Source: Lama glama
Taxonomy: Eukaryota
Assembly: GCA_028534125.1 (NCBI GenBank)
Contig: CM052818.1
Location: 28,956,001 to 29,020,000, forward strand
Length of the DNA: 64,000 nt
Direction: 5' to 3'
The position numbers and the translations under genes were made by a program. Below, piece after piece: positions 38,596 through 54,659 of the stretch (the first letter of the stretch is position 1; every line of letters starts with the position of its first letter). The notes beneath the pieces were generated by a model. That model made no database searches. It had not been told where the DNA came from and saw only the letters and a list, made by a program, of their open reading frames with translations.

Positions 38596-40812
38596 CTTAT
38601 CTCTCAACTAAGAAGACAGTAAAGAGCAAGAACCATTCCTTGAAATTCTCTGTCTTCTTTTCCCCTGTCCAGTACCATGCTTTGCATGCTGTGGGTGTTG
38701 TATAAATGTTGTTAACTGAATCCCTAGAGAAAGAAAATCTGTTGAAATTCCTTACCAAGAGTGTGATGTATTAGTGTAAGCAATATTGATTGGTGTGCCC
38801 ATTAGAGCTCCCAGAAAGCCAGGGCCTCTCCTGTGGACAAATAATTTGAGTTGCCTTTGTCACAATGAAGAAGAGGAAAGAGACAGTCTTTTCTCACTGC
38901 AGAGAGCTGCTGAGTCAGTTCTCCTAAGAAGGAGATTCTGTTCTCAGTTCTCCTCTGTGTTTGTAATCACTTCAATATTTCTAAAAAGGCTAGCAAGGAT
39001 ACAAAGGAGTAAAAACCAGATTGATACTTATCAAGTCAGAATCAGAATGAAAATTAGAGAGCTGGAGCCCCAAAGACTTTGGGGATTACCTGTTCAAAGG
39101 ATAAAACTTAATTTTTTTTTTTTTAAGAACAAGAATGATGAAGGAAGGAGAAGACAATGTATAGCTGGGCTAGAGGCTAGAACAGCTAATACAGCCTGGG
39201 CAGAGGCTCTCTCCAGAAAGCACTGAAAGTGCTATAGAACTTGGTCTAAGGGGGAAAAAAAGAACCAGGTTGTTCTTTAATCTCTAAAGACAGCCTTGCT
39301 ATGGCATGTAACACTCCTCTCTCCCTAAATACTGGAGATAGGGTTACTCAGCCACAACCTGGGCCACTTTTCAGTTCAGTCTTCAGAATTTAAGGACAAG
39401 TAGGTAGGTTCACTTAAAAAGATTAGTTATATTTGGCCAGGCAAGCCCACTGAAGAGGCACTGAGCCAGATAAAAAGCATCCTGACTCCAGCACAATAAA
39501 AAAAAAAATGGTTATTCGTGCACTGATTCAAAACTTAGGCTCTCAAACAACCTTAAGGGAGGGCCTGACCTGACCCTGTAGGGATTCTGGAGAATTTTCC
39601 ATTCCCATTTCCAAAAACAGTGCCACTGACCTCTGTAAACAATAAGCAACTGAGATTCCAAGTATAAAAAGAAACATCAAAACATCCTGGTACTAATGTT
39701 GAACCTCTTGCTTCTTGGGAAATCAACCTAAAATACAAATATAAACTAGAATTGGCACAAGAATATTTATAGTTTGAATATTGATTAAATCTCTCCAAAT
39801 CCCACAGGTTCTTATCTACAAAGCAGTAAGCTCCAGTTTCCGTAGCTTTATAAATATGTGCATTCCCTCCAGTGGTTGGACTGACTCCTATGAATATGTT
39901 ACATCATTAAGTGAGATCAACTGACTTTTTGTTTTCAGGTTATGGAGCCATCATTTAGCCTGAAACTACCCACAAGCTTCCAAGTGAATTGATATACCTA
40001 TTTTCCATCATTTTTAATCATTTCATTGAAAATGGGTTAAAATCTGACTGAGTATTGTTGGTTTCAAAATCAAAGTCAAAATAAAGATCCAGAGAATTGG
40101 AAAGACTATTAATTGCTTCATTTAAAGGGCTTAACTGTTTAGCATAAACCTGTACATTATATTAAATTAGTCTATCTATTTAACCCCCAAAAGAAGTACT
40201 AAATACAGTATCTCTGCATGGTCACATAAAGGGTTGTGCTGCTTCAGCACCAAAGTTGTTCCTCATTGGTTGGAAAGAGTTAAACATTCAATTAGTACTA
40301 GGGGTGGACTAGGCACAAAGACACAAAGAAGAATTATCAATATGTATCTTAGAACTCTGTACAGAGGGTCCCTATGATGGCAGGGCATGGTCCCAAGGTG
40401 GGGCATGATCCTACTCCAGAAGGAATGCACATAGAGCAGACAGAAGGATATAGATTCTGAGTGTGCCAACAAGCACAAATGTACATAGAAAATCACATCT
40501 CAAGCTAAAAAATTAACCTGGGCCTCATCAGAATAGGAGATGAGTCCAAAGGCAATGTGTTGGGCAGATCAAGAATGGAGATTAGCAGGAAAGAGCAAAA
40601 TATGTGGGCCCCAAATTGCTATGGCACAAGGGGCTTTTTAACAGTATAAATAACAATTCAATAGATTTGTTTTGTTGGAAAGCACAGATCTGGTTGGTTG
40701 GATAAAAAAAAAAAACTATAGGCTGAATAAGAATCACAGATATCTAAGCCTACCATTTCTTTAAACTCCAACTCTTAAATATATATTATCCCAGGGTAAA
40801 AATATATTGCTA

Positions 40813-44300
<3,488 letters not shown>

Positions 44301-44769
44301 TAAATATCAGTATATTTCATGCTCATAAGCGGCCCTTTAGGCAGTTAAAGTTGTTATGCAGAGTGGGACTGTTTCCCTAAAGATTTTGATGTCTGCAAGA
44401 TAATTTACACAATTTGATATTAATTACAGCTGAAGTTTCTAAGAAAGTTCATACTGTCTAATTCTATTTATATGAAATGTCCAAAAAAGGCAAATTTAGA
44501 GATTTTCAGATTCCACTAATGAATAAATCTTGGCAGGTTCTTGTCTACAAAAAGCTTGCCAAACAGACATTAAGTTACTTGAGATTCTCTCACTTAAGTT
44601 GTGGCAAACAACTTCAGCATTTTAACACCTTCTTCTGCTAACTAGACTCAACACTTCCAAAATGTCTTGTTTTTTTCTGTGAGTTGACATTTTTTGGAGT
44701 TTTTGAATTTAAGATGATCCCTACTTTTCTGGAGAGAAATTAATATGGCATAATGTCTATGGAATTTGG

Positions 44770-45370
44770 ATTTAGAACTGGGTTAGATCTAGTTCCAAAG
44801 CTTACCAACTATCAGACCTTCAGCAAATTTTTTGTTTCTGTATCTATACACATACAACAAATGTGACCTTGCAGGACGACTATTGTGATTACTGAAGTAT
44901 ATAAAAACTGCACCTAACAACCTGGTGCAAAGAGAGTACTGAATAAATGACAGTTTATTGACTGTCTAGTCATTTTCTAAATGAGGTTTATCTGATAATA
45001 AAATGTGGTAACTATTGTTACAATCTTAGTAGAGCATATGAGATGCCCAGAGATTTTCAAATTCAACTTTACCAATGAGTATGCTAAGGTCTGAGGAGTT
45101 TAAAAATCCAAAATCAAATCTGGGCTCAAACCCAAGTCTCTCAATTCTTAAAGTCGGTTTAGCAAAATGATTAAATGTCCCCTTTTAGTCAGATACTTTG
45201 ATTTGGTTTCTAGCTTTATCACTTGACACTTAACCTCTTTATGCCTAGCTTCCTCATTTGTAAAAAAATGATATTATTATTAGCCATCTGAAAGGTTTGT
45301 TGTGATGATTAAATGAAATAAAGTATGCCAAGGGTTTAGAATATAAGGGCCCAATAAATGTGAAGTATAT
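44770..45370. mobile_element. Cluster of three MIR fragments (44770-44960 +, 45030-45150 -, 45160-45370 +)
   Basis: acacttaacctctttatgcctagcttcctcatttgtaaaa...gtttgttgtgatgattaaatgaaataa; tgggctcaaacccaagtctctcaattc. Confidence 0.65.
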
Positions 45371-45371
45371 G

Positions 45372-45538
45372 CACTATATTTTCTGAATTCTAAGATATAT
45401 TTTTATATGTTATATCTAAAATCAGTGCCTTAAAATTGAAACTTATGTCAATTTTAGTAGTGTTTCCTTTTTTCCCAGAAAGTTATTATAAAGTCTATTT
45501 TTTATAACTCATGCTTACTTAGATTCAAGGAAATGTCA
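45372..45538. mobile_element. Ancient Tigger-type MITE
   Basis: Degenerate inverted ends ctatattttctgaattctaag / cttagattcaaggaaatg. Confidence 0.5.
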
Positions 45539-46163
45539 AGCTATCAGCTTAACTGGTTTCTGTTTCCTGCACACTATAATATATGCAAAAAGTTACTAAG
45601 ATTATAAGGTGAGTTTAAAGTTGGGACCATATCTTGTTCATGTCTGTAATCCCAATACTTAGTACTGGAGAGTGGTTCAATAAGTATATACTGAATTAAT
45701 TAATTTAAAAAAGAAGAGGAGGGGAAAGAAGGAAAAGGTAAAGAAAGAATACAATGGGGAAAACAAGAAGAGATCAGATATAAAGAAGAATTGAGTTCAA
45801 GTCTTAGAATTGCCATACATTTTTAGATGCTTTGGGGTAACATTTAAACCACTTTTTTTTTTTAACCTTTAGGCAGAAATAAGGATACCTATAAAACAGG
45901 GTAGCATGAAGGATTAAATGACATGATTACTGTGATAGACTCATATATCCAACCATCAGCTTTACATCTCCACTTGGACGTCTATGTTAAACTTAATATC
46001 TCCAAAGTTAAACTCTTGATTCAAGTCCCCAGCTCAGTAAAGAGCATCTCCATTCATTCATAATTCAAACCAAAAACCTTGGCATGTTCCTTGACTCTTC
46101 CCTTTTCCTTATTAACTACATCTAATCCACTTGCAAATGTTCTCAGTTCTGCTTTAAAAGCAA

Positions 46164-46993
46164 TTCTCCAATGAAGACATACAAATGGCCAATAGGAACA
46201 TGAAAAAACTCTGAACATCACTAATTATCAGAGAAATGCAAGTGAAAATGATAATGAGGTTCCACCTCACACTATTCAGAATAGCCATCATTCAAAAGTC
46301 CACAAATGATAAATGCTAGAAAGGGTATGGAGAAAAGGGAAACAAACCTCCTACACTGTTGGTGGGAATGCAGTTTGGTACAGCCATTATGGAAAACAGG
46401 GTGGAGATTCTTTAAAAAACTGAAAGTAGACTTACCATATGATCCAGCAATCCCATTCTTGAGCATATATCTGGAGGGAATGCAAATATGAAAAGATACA
46501 TGCACCCCAATATTCATAGTCGCACTACATACTATAGTCAAGACATGGAAACAACGTAAATGTCCGTCAACAGATAAATGGATAAAGAAGTTGTGGTGTA
46601 TTTATACACTACTAAGCCATAAAAAAATAAAACAATGCCATTTGAAGCAACATGGGTGGAACTGGAGATTGATTACTAAGTGAAATAAGCCAGAAAGAGA
46701 AAGAAAAATAACATATCGCTTATATGAAACAAAAAAAAAAAAAGAAAGTAAGACACTAATGAACTTATCTACAAAACAGAAACAAATCCACAGACACAGT
46801 GAACAAATTTATGGCTACCAGGAGGAAACAGAATAGTAAGGGATTAATTGGGAGTTGAAGATTGGCAAATAATAACTAGTATATATATACTACATAAAAT
46901 AACAGATTTCTCCTGTAAAGCACAGGGAACTATAGTCAGTATCTTATAGTAACCTATAATGAAAAAGAATATGAAAACATGTGTGTATGTGTA

Positions 46994-47039
<46 letters not shown>

Positions 47040-47110
47040 ACTGAAATATGCAGTACACCAGAAATTGACATATTATAACCGACTATACCTCAATAAAATT
47101 AAATTAATTA
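46164..47110 (+). mobile_element. 5'-truncated cetartiodactyl/camelid L1 (ORF2 C-terminus and 3' UTR)
   Basis: ORF track 46306..46491 [36 protein letters not shown]; aataaa at 47092; imperfect flanks aaaagcaattctccaa / aaaactatctcccaa. Confidence 0.93.
46980..47038. repeat. (TG)n/(TGTA)n microsatellite inside the L1 3' UTR
   Basis: gtgtgtatgtgtatgtatgt followed by an uninterrupted (gt) run to ~47036. Confidence 0.95.
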
Positions 47111-47444
47111 ATTTTAAAACTATCTCCCAAATCCTGGCTTTTTTTTTTTTTTTTACCATGTCTGCTACTACCAACATAACCCCAACCACTATCACCTCTT
47201 AGCTAGATCTCTGGTGTTCTCCTACCAGATTCCTTGCTTCTACTTTTGCCTCTTTTTACTTGAACTCCACAGAGCAGCAGGAGTAATTCTTTTAAAAGGG
47301 TCTATTTAGAATCTAATACACAAGCTTCCTGATGGCAATCTGGTTTCTCCTCCCGATAAGAACACCCTACAGTGCATAGATATTGGGTAGCATCTAAATC
47401 ATTTTTTCCTTTAACCTTTAGGGGAGTCTAGTATCTCCCATCAC

Positions 47445-47516
47445 TCCCAGAGACCCATGCAAGTGAAAAGTCCCTGAAGCTTAAGCTTCATTTGTTTCAC
47501 AGTAAGTCCGCCTCTG
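47445..47516 (-). mobile_element. hAT-Tip100 terminus fragment (Zaphod/MER115-like)
   Basis: ccctgaagcttaagcttcatttgtttcacagtaagtccgcctctg is the reverse complement of the recalled terminus cagaggcggatttaccgtgaa...gcttaagcttcaggg. Confidence 0.65.
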
Positions 47517-47786
47517 CCCTGTGCTCACTCTTTCACTCCTTCAAGCCGCTGAAGAAAAGCCACCATCACATTTCACTCACCCTCCTCCTACCCTGCTTCC
47601 CATTCTCTCATGGCACTACACATTTCAACAGCATCTGAGATGTTAAATATTTGTTGCTGTTGTTACTTACTATCTTTCTCTCCCACTACACCGTACTGGA
47701 ATATGAGCTCTAGTGTTAGGTAGAGTTTGCTTCCTCCCCTATATCTTTAATGTACAGAACAGTCAATAACATAAAGTAGGTTCTCA

Positions 47787-47914
47787 AGGGAAAGGTACAG
47801 TGTAAGTGGTAGAGTACATGCTTAGCATGCACAAGGCCCTGGGTTCAATTCCCAGTACCTCCTCTAAAAGTAAATAAATACACCTAATTACTCCCTCCCA
47901 AAAAATTTTAAAAC
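47787..47914 (+). mobile_element. tRNA-derived camelid SINE (Vic-1-like) with TSD, inserted in an L2 tail
   Basis: A-box region aagtggtagag, B-box ggttcaattccc, body catgcttagcatgcacaaggccctgg, A-rich tail; aaagtaggttctca at 47773-47786 and 47923-47936. Confidence 0.88.
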
Positions 47915-49345
47915 ACAGTCACAAAGTAGGTTCTCACAAAAATAACCACTGATTGAGTTAATAAATAAAGGAAAATTAGGTTCAACTATCGTATTATGGC
48001 TTATTTGCCTGAAGTGCTTTTTCTTTTGTAGGATTAGTATCTATAATAAATGCCTAGAAACAAAAATCTTTACAAATGTGTTGATTTCTGAGAATTTGAA
48101 ATAAACTAATGTGGATGTTTTAAGCAAAATAATCCCAATTTAATAAATCTCTTCAAAGCAGATAATCCTAGCATCTGATACCATTTCTATACTGTACAAT
48201 TATTATGCTTGAAATTGCAGGCATCATAATGATGGAAGTTGCACTCATTAAATTATGTTTCAGTTTCTTAACTAATCTAAATTTACTAAATTAGCTAATG
48301 TAGTTACAGAATGACTAATACATACAATTCAGAAATATGGTAAACCTGGAAGTGCAATTGGCATGGGAGGAAAAATAAAATAGTATTTCATTCCAAAATC
48401 CATATCCTATCAATTCTCAAAGAGAAAAGAATTCATAATTCACTTCAAAATCCTAGAATAATCATAGTCAGTTTGAGCAACTGATAATCCAGGGATCAGA
48501 TTCTTACTAATGCTGTCTCCTTACTATAATAAGGCAAAAGCTGCTATTTTAATTATTTACTTTATCATTTACCCTACTTCCTTTTGGATAAACCATGGAT
48601 CACTACATAAATTTACCAGATGTGGAGAAATAGTTGTTACCTGGAAAGACTGCAGACTGAATACTCAATGAATATCTTCAAGACATGGATTCACTGTAGT
48701 TATCTCAGTATGCCTATCTTGGGATCCATCAGGTTTCTGTGCCTCAAGCATCTTGATGTCCACTGTGCCTAGATCCATCTGCTATTTCCTGGGAAGGCAC
48801 TTCTCTGATTCCCAACGTTTTCTTACCAAGATTACCAAGGCCACTCTTCCATGTTCCCGAAGATTCTGGACCTCCCATAGACCTCAGCAATACCTTCAGG
48901 AGCGTCGTTATTTGTATAAGCTTTCCCTTATTATTATCAGCTTATGTTATAAACCAGATGTCCACACGTTTAGAGGAGAGGGTGAGAGAGTAGGTAAAGA
49001 CCAGAAATTAAGTCAAGAAATCTGGGGGGAAAAAAGTAGCTCAATGCCTTTGTTCTTTTCTCCTTCTTTCCCAAAATATATCAGTGTTGCTGAACTGAGT
49101 CAAACTGAAAGAATTAGCATTAGTACTAACAGGTCACTCACTCAAGAGTGGATTTTTTTAATGAGTAAATTTTGATAGCTCTGTATTAGCATATCACTAA
49201 AATATTTCAGCAGCACTGATAGGTCTTCCTCCCTAGTGTGAAAATGCAAAGGGTTATTATTCCACTTCACTAGACAGGCTTTCCACTGGATTTTGAAAGT
49301 GTAAATCATATGCTAAATTTCAATTCTAAAACTCAGTTAACAGGT

Positions 49346-49382
49346 GGCTCCGTAGCGCAATGGATAGCGCATTGGACTTCTA
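49346..49382 (+). pseudogene. Tailless retrocopy of the 5' exon (nt 1-37) of tRNA-Arg(TCT)
   Basis: GGCTCCGTAGCGCAATGGATAGCGCATTGGACTTCTA is one mismatch from the mammalian tRNA-Arg-TCT 5' exon as I recall it. No 3' half. Flanked by the 19-bp repeat TTCTAAAACTCAGTTAACA. Confidence 0.88.
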
Positions 49383-49791
49383 AAACTCAGTTAACAAGCC
49401 AAAACTTAGGTAGGAAGGACCTTCAGAAAATAATAATATAGACCTACCATGAATCCCTCTTTGAAGCCTAGCAGGGTGATTCATTGTGCTTTCCTTAGCA
49501 GGGAGGATTCAAAACACTCCTCTGCATTCTGCATTTAATTCTTTCTGCCTTGACTGCAGATATGTTATTTGCTTGTGCTGGACACCTATAAAAAGCCTGA
49601 AGACTGTTCACATGTGAATCAAAGGAAGATCTAGGTTCCATCTAACAAACTTGATAGTACCTCTAATAAAAATAGGGGTGTCTATCCCCAAAATATCAAA
49701 ACTAGATGAATGAATAACCAAAACTTCCAGACATGTGATTGAAATTCTCACATTTGACATCATCTATACTTAGTTAAAATCAGTGAACAAT

Positions 49792-50243
49792 TGTTGTAAG
49801 TTGAATGGTGTCCCACCCAAAATTCATGTCTACCCAGAACCTCAGAGTGTGACCTTATTTAGAAATAGGGCCTTTGTGGATGTAATTGGTTAAGATGGAG
49901 GCACACACTGGAATAGGGTGAGCCCTAAATCCAGTGATGAGAGTCTTTATAAGAAGAGGAAAAAACACTCCGAGACTCAGAGGAGAATGCCATTTGAAAA
50001 CAGAGGCAGAGACTGGAGTGATGTGTCTACAAGCCAGGGAACAACAAAGATTGCTGGTAACCACCAGAAGCTAGGAAAGAGGCAAGGAAATATTTCTCTC
50101 TGAAGACTCTGGAGGGAGCGTGGCCCTGCCAACACCTTGATTTCAGACTTTTGGCCTCCAGAACTGTGAGATAATAAATCCCTGTTGTTTTAAGCCATCC
50201 AGTTTGTGGTAATTTGTTATAGCAGCTCTAGAAAACTAATACA
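49792..50243 (+). mobile_element. MaLR solo LTR, MLT1C-like
   Basis: tgttgtaagttgaatggtgtccc...gaacctcagagtgtgaccttatttagaaataggg...gtttgtggtaatttgttatagcagctctagaaaactaataca; flanks acaat / gcaac. Confidence 0.92.
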
Positions 50244-51748
50244 GCAACCGACGCAGAAGATTCAAAAGAACTCAGACTGACTTTGGGAAGATTCTTCCTT
50301 GAGAAAGTAGTTTAAAAAACAAAAACTACAAAGTTCACATCAAATGGAAATAGTTGTCTTCTCCTAGGGATGGGAAAAATATAGAGATTCCATTCTACTA
50401 GGAGAGGTTTCTGGATAACATTTGTACTCAGAAACGTATTTGCCTTCACTTAATTCTTTCTCATTTCTCCTACCTTATTTTATTTAGAGAAGATAAGATT
50501 GTGCTACTAATTACTATTTTTCAAATGGAGACAATTTTTGATTCAAGGTCTTCAAGGTTTTGTTTTCAGCTCTAAGCAACAGTCTGTGATTATGAGGCTA
50601 TAATTTGGTGCTCAGATCAGGCAGAATGGGTGGCTGTCGTTACAAGTTGTAATTTATTGGGAAATGCTACAGAATATTCCAGAAAGTCAAGAGTTAATCA
50701 GAACAAAGTAAATCACAAACAAAACAATACCCCCCCAGAATAAGGTAGAAAAACTTGAGGGAAATATAAGTAAAATTTGCCACTTCGTTTATGTATAAAT
50801 TAGACAGCATGAAAATTGGGTGCTGCTGGCCACAGGTTAAGGAATTTATATCCAATTTGGAATTTACAGGTGTCAGTAAAAAAGAAATAAAACAGACAAA
50901 AATTCAGCCTTCAAGATCCTCCCTGCATATCTGCCCAGGGAAGCATTCTCACTGAATAATGGCCCTCTTACAATGTTCTGCACACCCTGTTTCAGTACCT
51001 TAACAACAGCCACAAGTGCTAAAAACCATTTTAGCCACAGAAGATGGACACAACTTGTTCCGGTGCTGGTTTCTCACAGACACAGAAAGGGGGAGAATTA
51101 TGTTCTTTTTATTTATGCCAAGCTTTTTTAATGCCAGCATACTGAATGAAGCTTTCAAAGGAAAAAAGCAACAAAGGAAAAATAATCAATAGTAAAAGCC
51201 AACTAATGCCTAACAACTGTAAATGTCTGGTTTACACAATACATAGCTGCAGGAGGGCAAAGAAGACAGGTTGAAATGCTGATCAAAAGAATCCTGTTCA
51301 GTCAAAGGAATGGGAAGTGAAACTTTAAAATGAGATGTCAGAGAGAGTCCATTCAAGTCTATTCTCTGAGCTGAACTCTCACATGCCCATCTTCTAAGTC
51401 CTTCCTGAAAAACAGCTACAAATACTTTCTGAACTTCTCTTGGAGGAGGTGGGAAATATGGGCTAGTTTTATCATGTTTGCCCATAATGCAATAGCGGAA
51501 AAATGTAATTTCTTGCTGCACATGTACAGTCATTCAAGTTTGGATATAAGCTGGATCCTAACTCTTTCCTTCCTATCTCCAGGTCTGCATGTTCTCCCTT
51601 TGAGCTGTTGTCAGCAGCTCTGTGAACAGAGCTGAAAGGATGGCATGTAATACTGCATCTCTGACCTATGAGAAAAGCAGAATCAGTTCCCGCAGTAGCT
51701 ACATGAAAAACCTTAAGAGAGATTGACTAGTATAGCAAGTGTTGAGAC

Positions 51749-52083
51749 TGTTAAAAGATAAACTAAGGTACATTAAAAATATTAACAGTTTATTTGAGCA
51801 AAAACTGATCCAAATCAGGCAGCAACAAACAGGAAGTGGTAAGGAGCACTCCACCAACAGGAGCCCTGGGGAAAATTTATAGAGAAAAGACGGAAGGAAA
51901 GCAAGGGAAGTATTAATTGGCTATAGCTTAAAGCCCAGTTGGCTATTTGTGATAGGTTGTCCTTGGGTTTTAATTTCATAACCTTGAGGCATTTACAGGC
52001 TTAGATTTTCGTGTGCTTACCTGGACTACCATGGCATTAGAGGCACCTTAGTCTAATGACCTTCTTGTTAAATTAATTTAACA
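51749..52083 (-). mobile_element. ERV1 (class I) solo LTR, MER93/MER57-group-like
   Basis: Inverted termini TGTTAAA...TTTAACA; exact 4-bp TSD agac (51745-51748, 52084-52087); minus-strand aataaa near the 3' end. Confidence 0.85.
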
Positions 52084-52119
52084 AGACTTAGCTATAAATT
52101 AAGGGACATGAAAAAAGTT

Positions 52120-52300
52120 AAGTGGATAAAGGATGGAATTAGGAAGGCAAAGGCCCGGATTAAATTCCTGGCCTTGCCCCTCAGCCCTCACTCAGGGGCC
52201 TTGGACATGCCCTTACCTTCTAAATTCTTCAGACTCTTCCCTTGAAAATAGGGCAATATATAACCAACCTTACAGAGCAGTCATAAGGATTAAACACAGA
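52120..52300 (+). mobile_element. MIR SINE
   Basis: ggaattaggaaggcaaaggcccggattaaattcctggccttgcc...ccttggacatgcccttaccttc...cataaggattaaa. Confidence 0.7.
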
Positions 52301-52747
52301 AGCATTTTTCTAAATTAGATTTTCATTATTATAATGTATTGTTTTTCTCATGGGCTAGGTGGCAGTCCTAGCCTATAGTGAGAAAACAACAAAGTTATCT
52401 TCATGCTTTGTTCAGTCTCATTATCATTGTGAAAGTGTGAACAGCAGAGAACACAAGATTTGTATTTTTCTTGGTTGACCCCCACAGTATATTTTCAAAC
52501 TTTAAAACCTGAATAAGTTGTCAACATTTTACCATTGAACTATTTCATACACACACTTGGGGTCCTGTCTTCTCACACATCAACAATCACCATAACTGAG
52601 TGGGGCACTGCCCTTTTCAGATAGAACATGTGCTCACACTTCCACACAGTCCCACAATGCCTTGTTACCTTCCACACAGAGGCTTGAGCAGGTGTCATTT
52701 TTCAGATTTGCATGGTAGTTTTTCTTACACCTGCCTACTTTGTTGAG

Positions 52748-52941
52748 TGTGATAGGCTGAATAAGGACTCCCCAAAGATAACCACATCCTAATCCCCCAA
52801 ACCTGTGAATGCGTTACCTTATATAGCAAAAGGGAATTTTGTGGGTTTGATTAAAATAATACTCTTGAAATGGAGAGATTATAGTTGATTATCCAAGTAG
52901 GCCCAATGTAATTCCAAGTGTCCTTCCTTATAAGAGATAGA
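52748..52941 (+). mobile_element. MaLR LTR 5' part, MLT1D-like
   Basis: tgtgataggctgaataaggactccccaaagataaccacatcctaatcccccaaacctgtgaatgcgttacctt. Confidence 0.82.
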
Positions 52942-52954
52942 TATTTAACTATCT

Positions 52955-53100
52955 GCCATGGCCTAAAGGCCAGGGCATACAAAGACACTCTTATCAGGAA
53001 AGTTATTCCAGGGCTTAAAGGTTCTCTCTCAGAAGCTGGTGTAGGGCCAGTCCTTCCTTTGGAATGTGCAAAGGTTGAGATCCTAGCCCCCTTACCATAC
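52955..53100. mobile_element. LTR fragment, MER21/MER77-like
   Basis: caaagacactcttatcaggaaagttattccagggcttaaaggttctctctcagaagctgg...ggccagtccttcctttgg. Confidence 0.55.
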
Positions 53101-53799
53101 AGAACAGCACCAGGCCCTTGGCCTAGATCTCTTATAGCAAAACGCTTCTGTTTGAGCACGTACATTTAGTTTAGTATTTATAAAACTAACACAGCAATAG
53201 TTTCAATATGAATATGCCTAACATTTGGAGGATCCAGTGTGAGCTAGGGATAGATTTAAAGAAACAACTAATCCAGTCTATAAATCCATTATATACATTT
53301 TAATATTTCTGTGCTAATTTGATTACTAGTCTCTCTACTCCATCTACTTTTATTTATACTTTATGATAAACTTGTGACAAACTAGTTAATATAGAACTTA
53401 GCTGACAATTAGATAAATCCAGTTCTTCTTCAGGACATTCATTTTCCATTGGTATTACATCCTGAGAAGGCTTTAATTCAACCTCCTTATATAGCTGATC
53501 ATCAATATCAGTTATTATTATATGATCTATTCATATAACATCACTGAATTTTACCAACAATGCTAGTGTTACACCATATCGAAGTAAGGTCATGGTAGGA
53601 TATTATTTCACTACAGATCAGTAAGAATTACAGATGTTATCAGCATGCCTTATCAACAGAATTCACCCTTGCTCATATACCAGGTATTACTATAGACAGG
53701 CATTGTTACAGTTAGTCACAATTGGATTATTTCTAGGTTCCAAGTCAAATGGCTTGTGGAAGTTCTCTTTTGCTTGCTTCTATTTTCTTAATAATATAG

Positions 53800-54630
53800 G
53801 AATCAAATCATCAGATGAGACTGAGAGTTTCGGTTTTGAGGAGAGAGAAGAAAGTGTAAAAGAGTAATCTGGAAGAATAGGTGAGAACAGTAAGCATGGC
53901 TGTGTTTTTCTTCTTCCATGATGACTCAAAGTAGGAGGAGAGCTGGACTTCCCTCAGGTCAAAATTCTGCCATGGAAGTAATCATCACAAGTAAGGGCCT
54001 TAGGAGTTGAGGATGTATGCAAGGAAATAGCTATACAGACTGATGATGGAATTTAAGCTGAAGGGGAAAGAGTTAAAAGGGCATGAGTGGGAAATAGGGC
54101 TATGAAGTCACATCAATCAGTGGACTGTAGATCCTGGGAATTGAAAGTGTTAAAGTATTGGTACTAGAATGAGCAAGCTGAAAGGATAAGACAAGGTAAA
54201 CAGGGAGGAGGATGTTTGAAACAGATTGCGGAAAGGTGATGAAAAGTCCATGTCATGATCATTCACATGAATGGCTAAGGTAGGGTGAAGGAGAGGAATG
54301 GAAGCAATTCAAGGCCACGGTGGTAAAAGAATCATTTATGTGAATATTAAAAGCATCAAGAATCAAGGCAGGAGTATTGCAGAAAAAGCTGACAGTGAAC
54401 AGGACCAAATATTATTGACAAGAAAAGGAGAATAAACTGAGGGACTGAAGAGTGAAGTGAGGGACAGAAACCAATCACAACAAGGGGGGACAGTGGGCAT
54501 TATGGCCTGACAGGACAGTCAAAGCTTAGGTAGAAGGATCTCACCACAAACACAGAAATTCTGAAAGAAATCTCATCTACATGGCCAATGATGAGGAGTG
54601 AGGGAGAACAAAACAACCCCCACTTGTGAA
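53800..54630 (-). mobile_element. L2 internal (ORF2 endonuclease-region) remnant
   Basis: The minus strand near 54330-54360 reads LDAFNIHIND (cf. LGDFNIH); purine-rich + strand typical of reverse L2 internal sequence. Confidence 0.6.
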
Positions 54631-54659
54631 GGGGCAAGTTACTGTGCATAAAGTGATTT

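Larger units (their letters stand above)
45945..47290 (+). mobile_element. L2 (45945-46163 and 47112-47290) split by an L1
   Basis: catctccacttggacgtcta...aaacttaatatctccaaagttaaactcttgat...ccaaaaaccttggcatgttccttgactcttccc; continues ctccacagagcagcaggagtaattcttttaaaa. Confidence 0.8.

Noticed and set aside
38786..39226. 146-aa + strand ORF
   Set aside because: Starts at TTG, crosses a poly-T run, and has no recognisable domain or splice structure.
48640..49175. 140-aa + strand ORF and minus-strand donor-like sites (gtaac, gtaaga) with short open frames
   Set aside because: No recognisable protein, no convincing acceptor/donor pair, and stops interrupt the frames.
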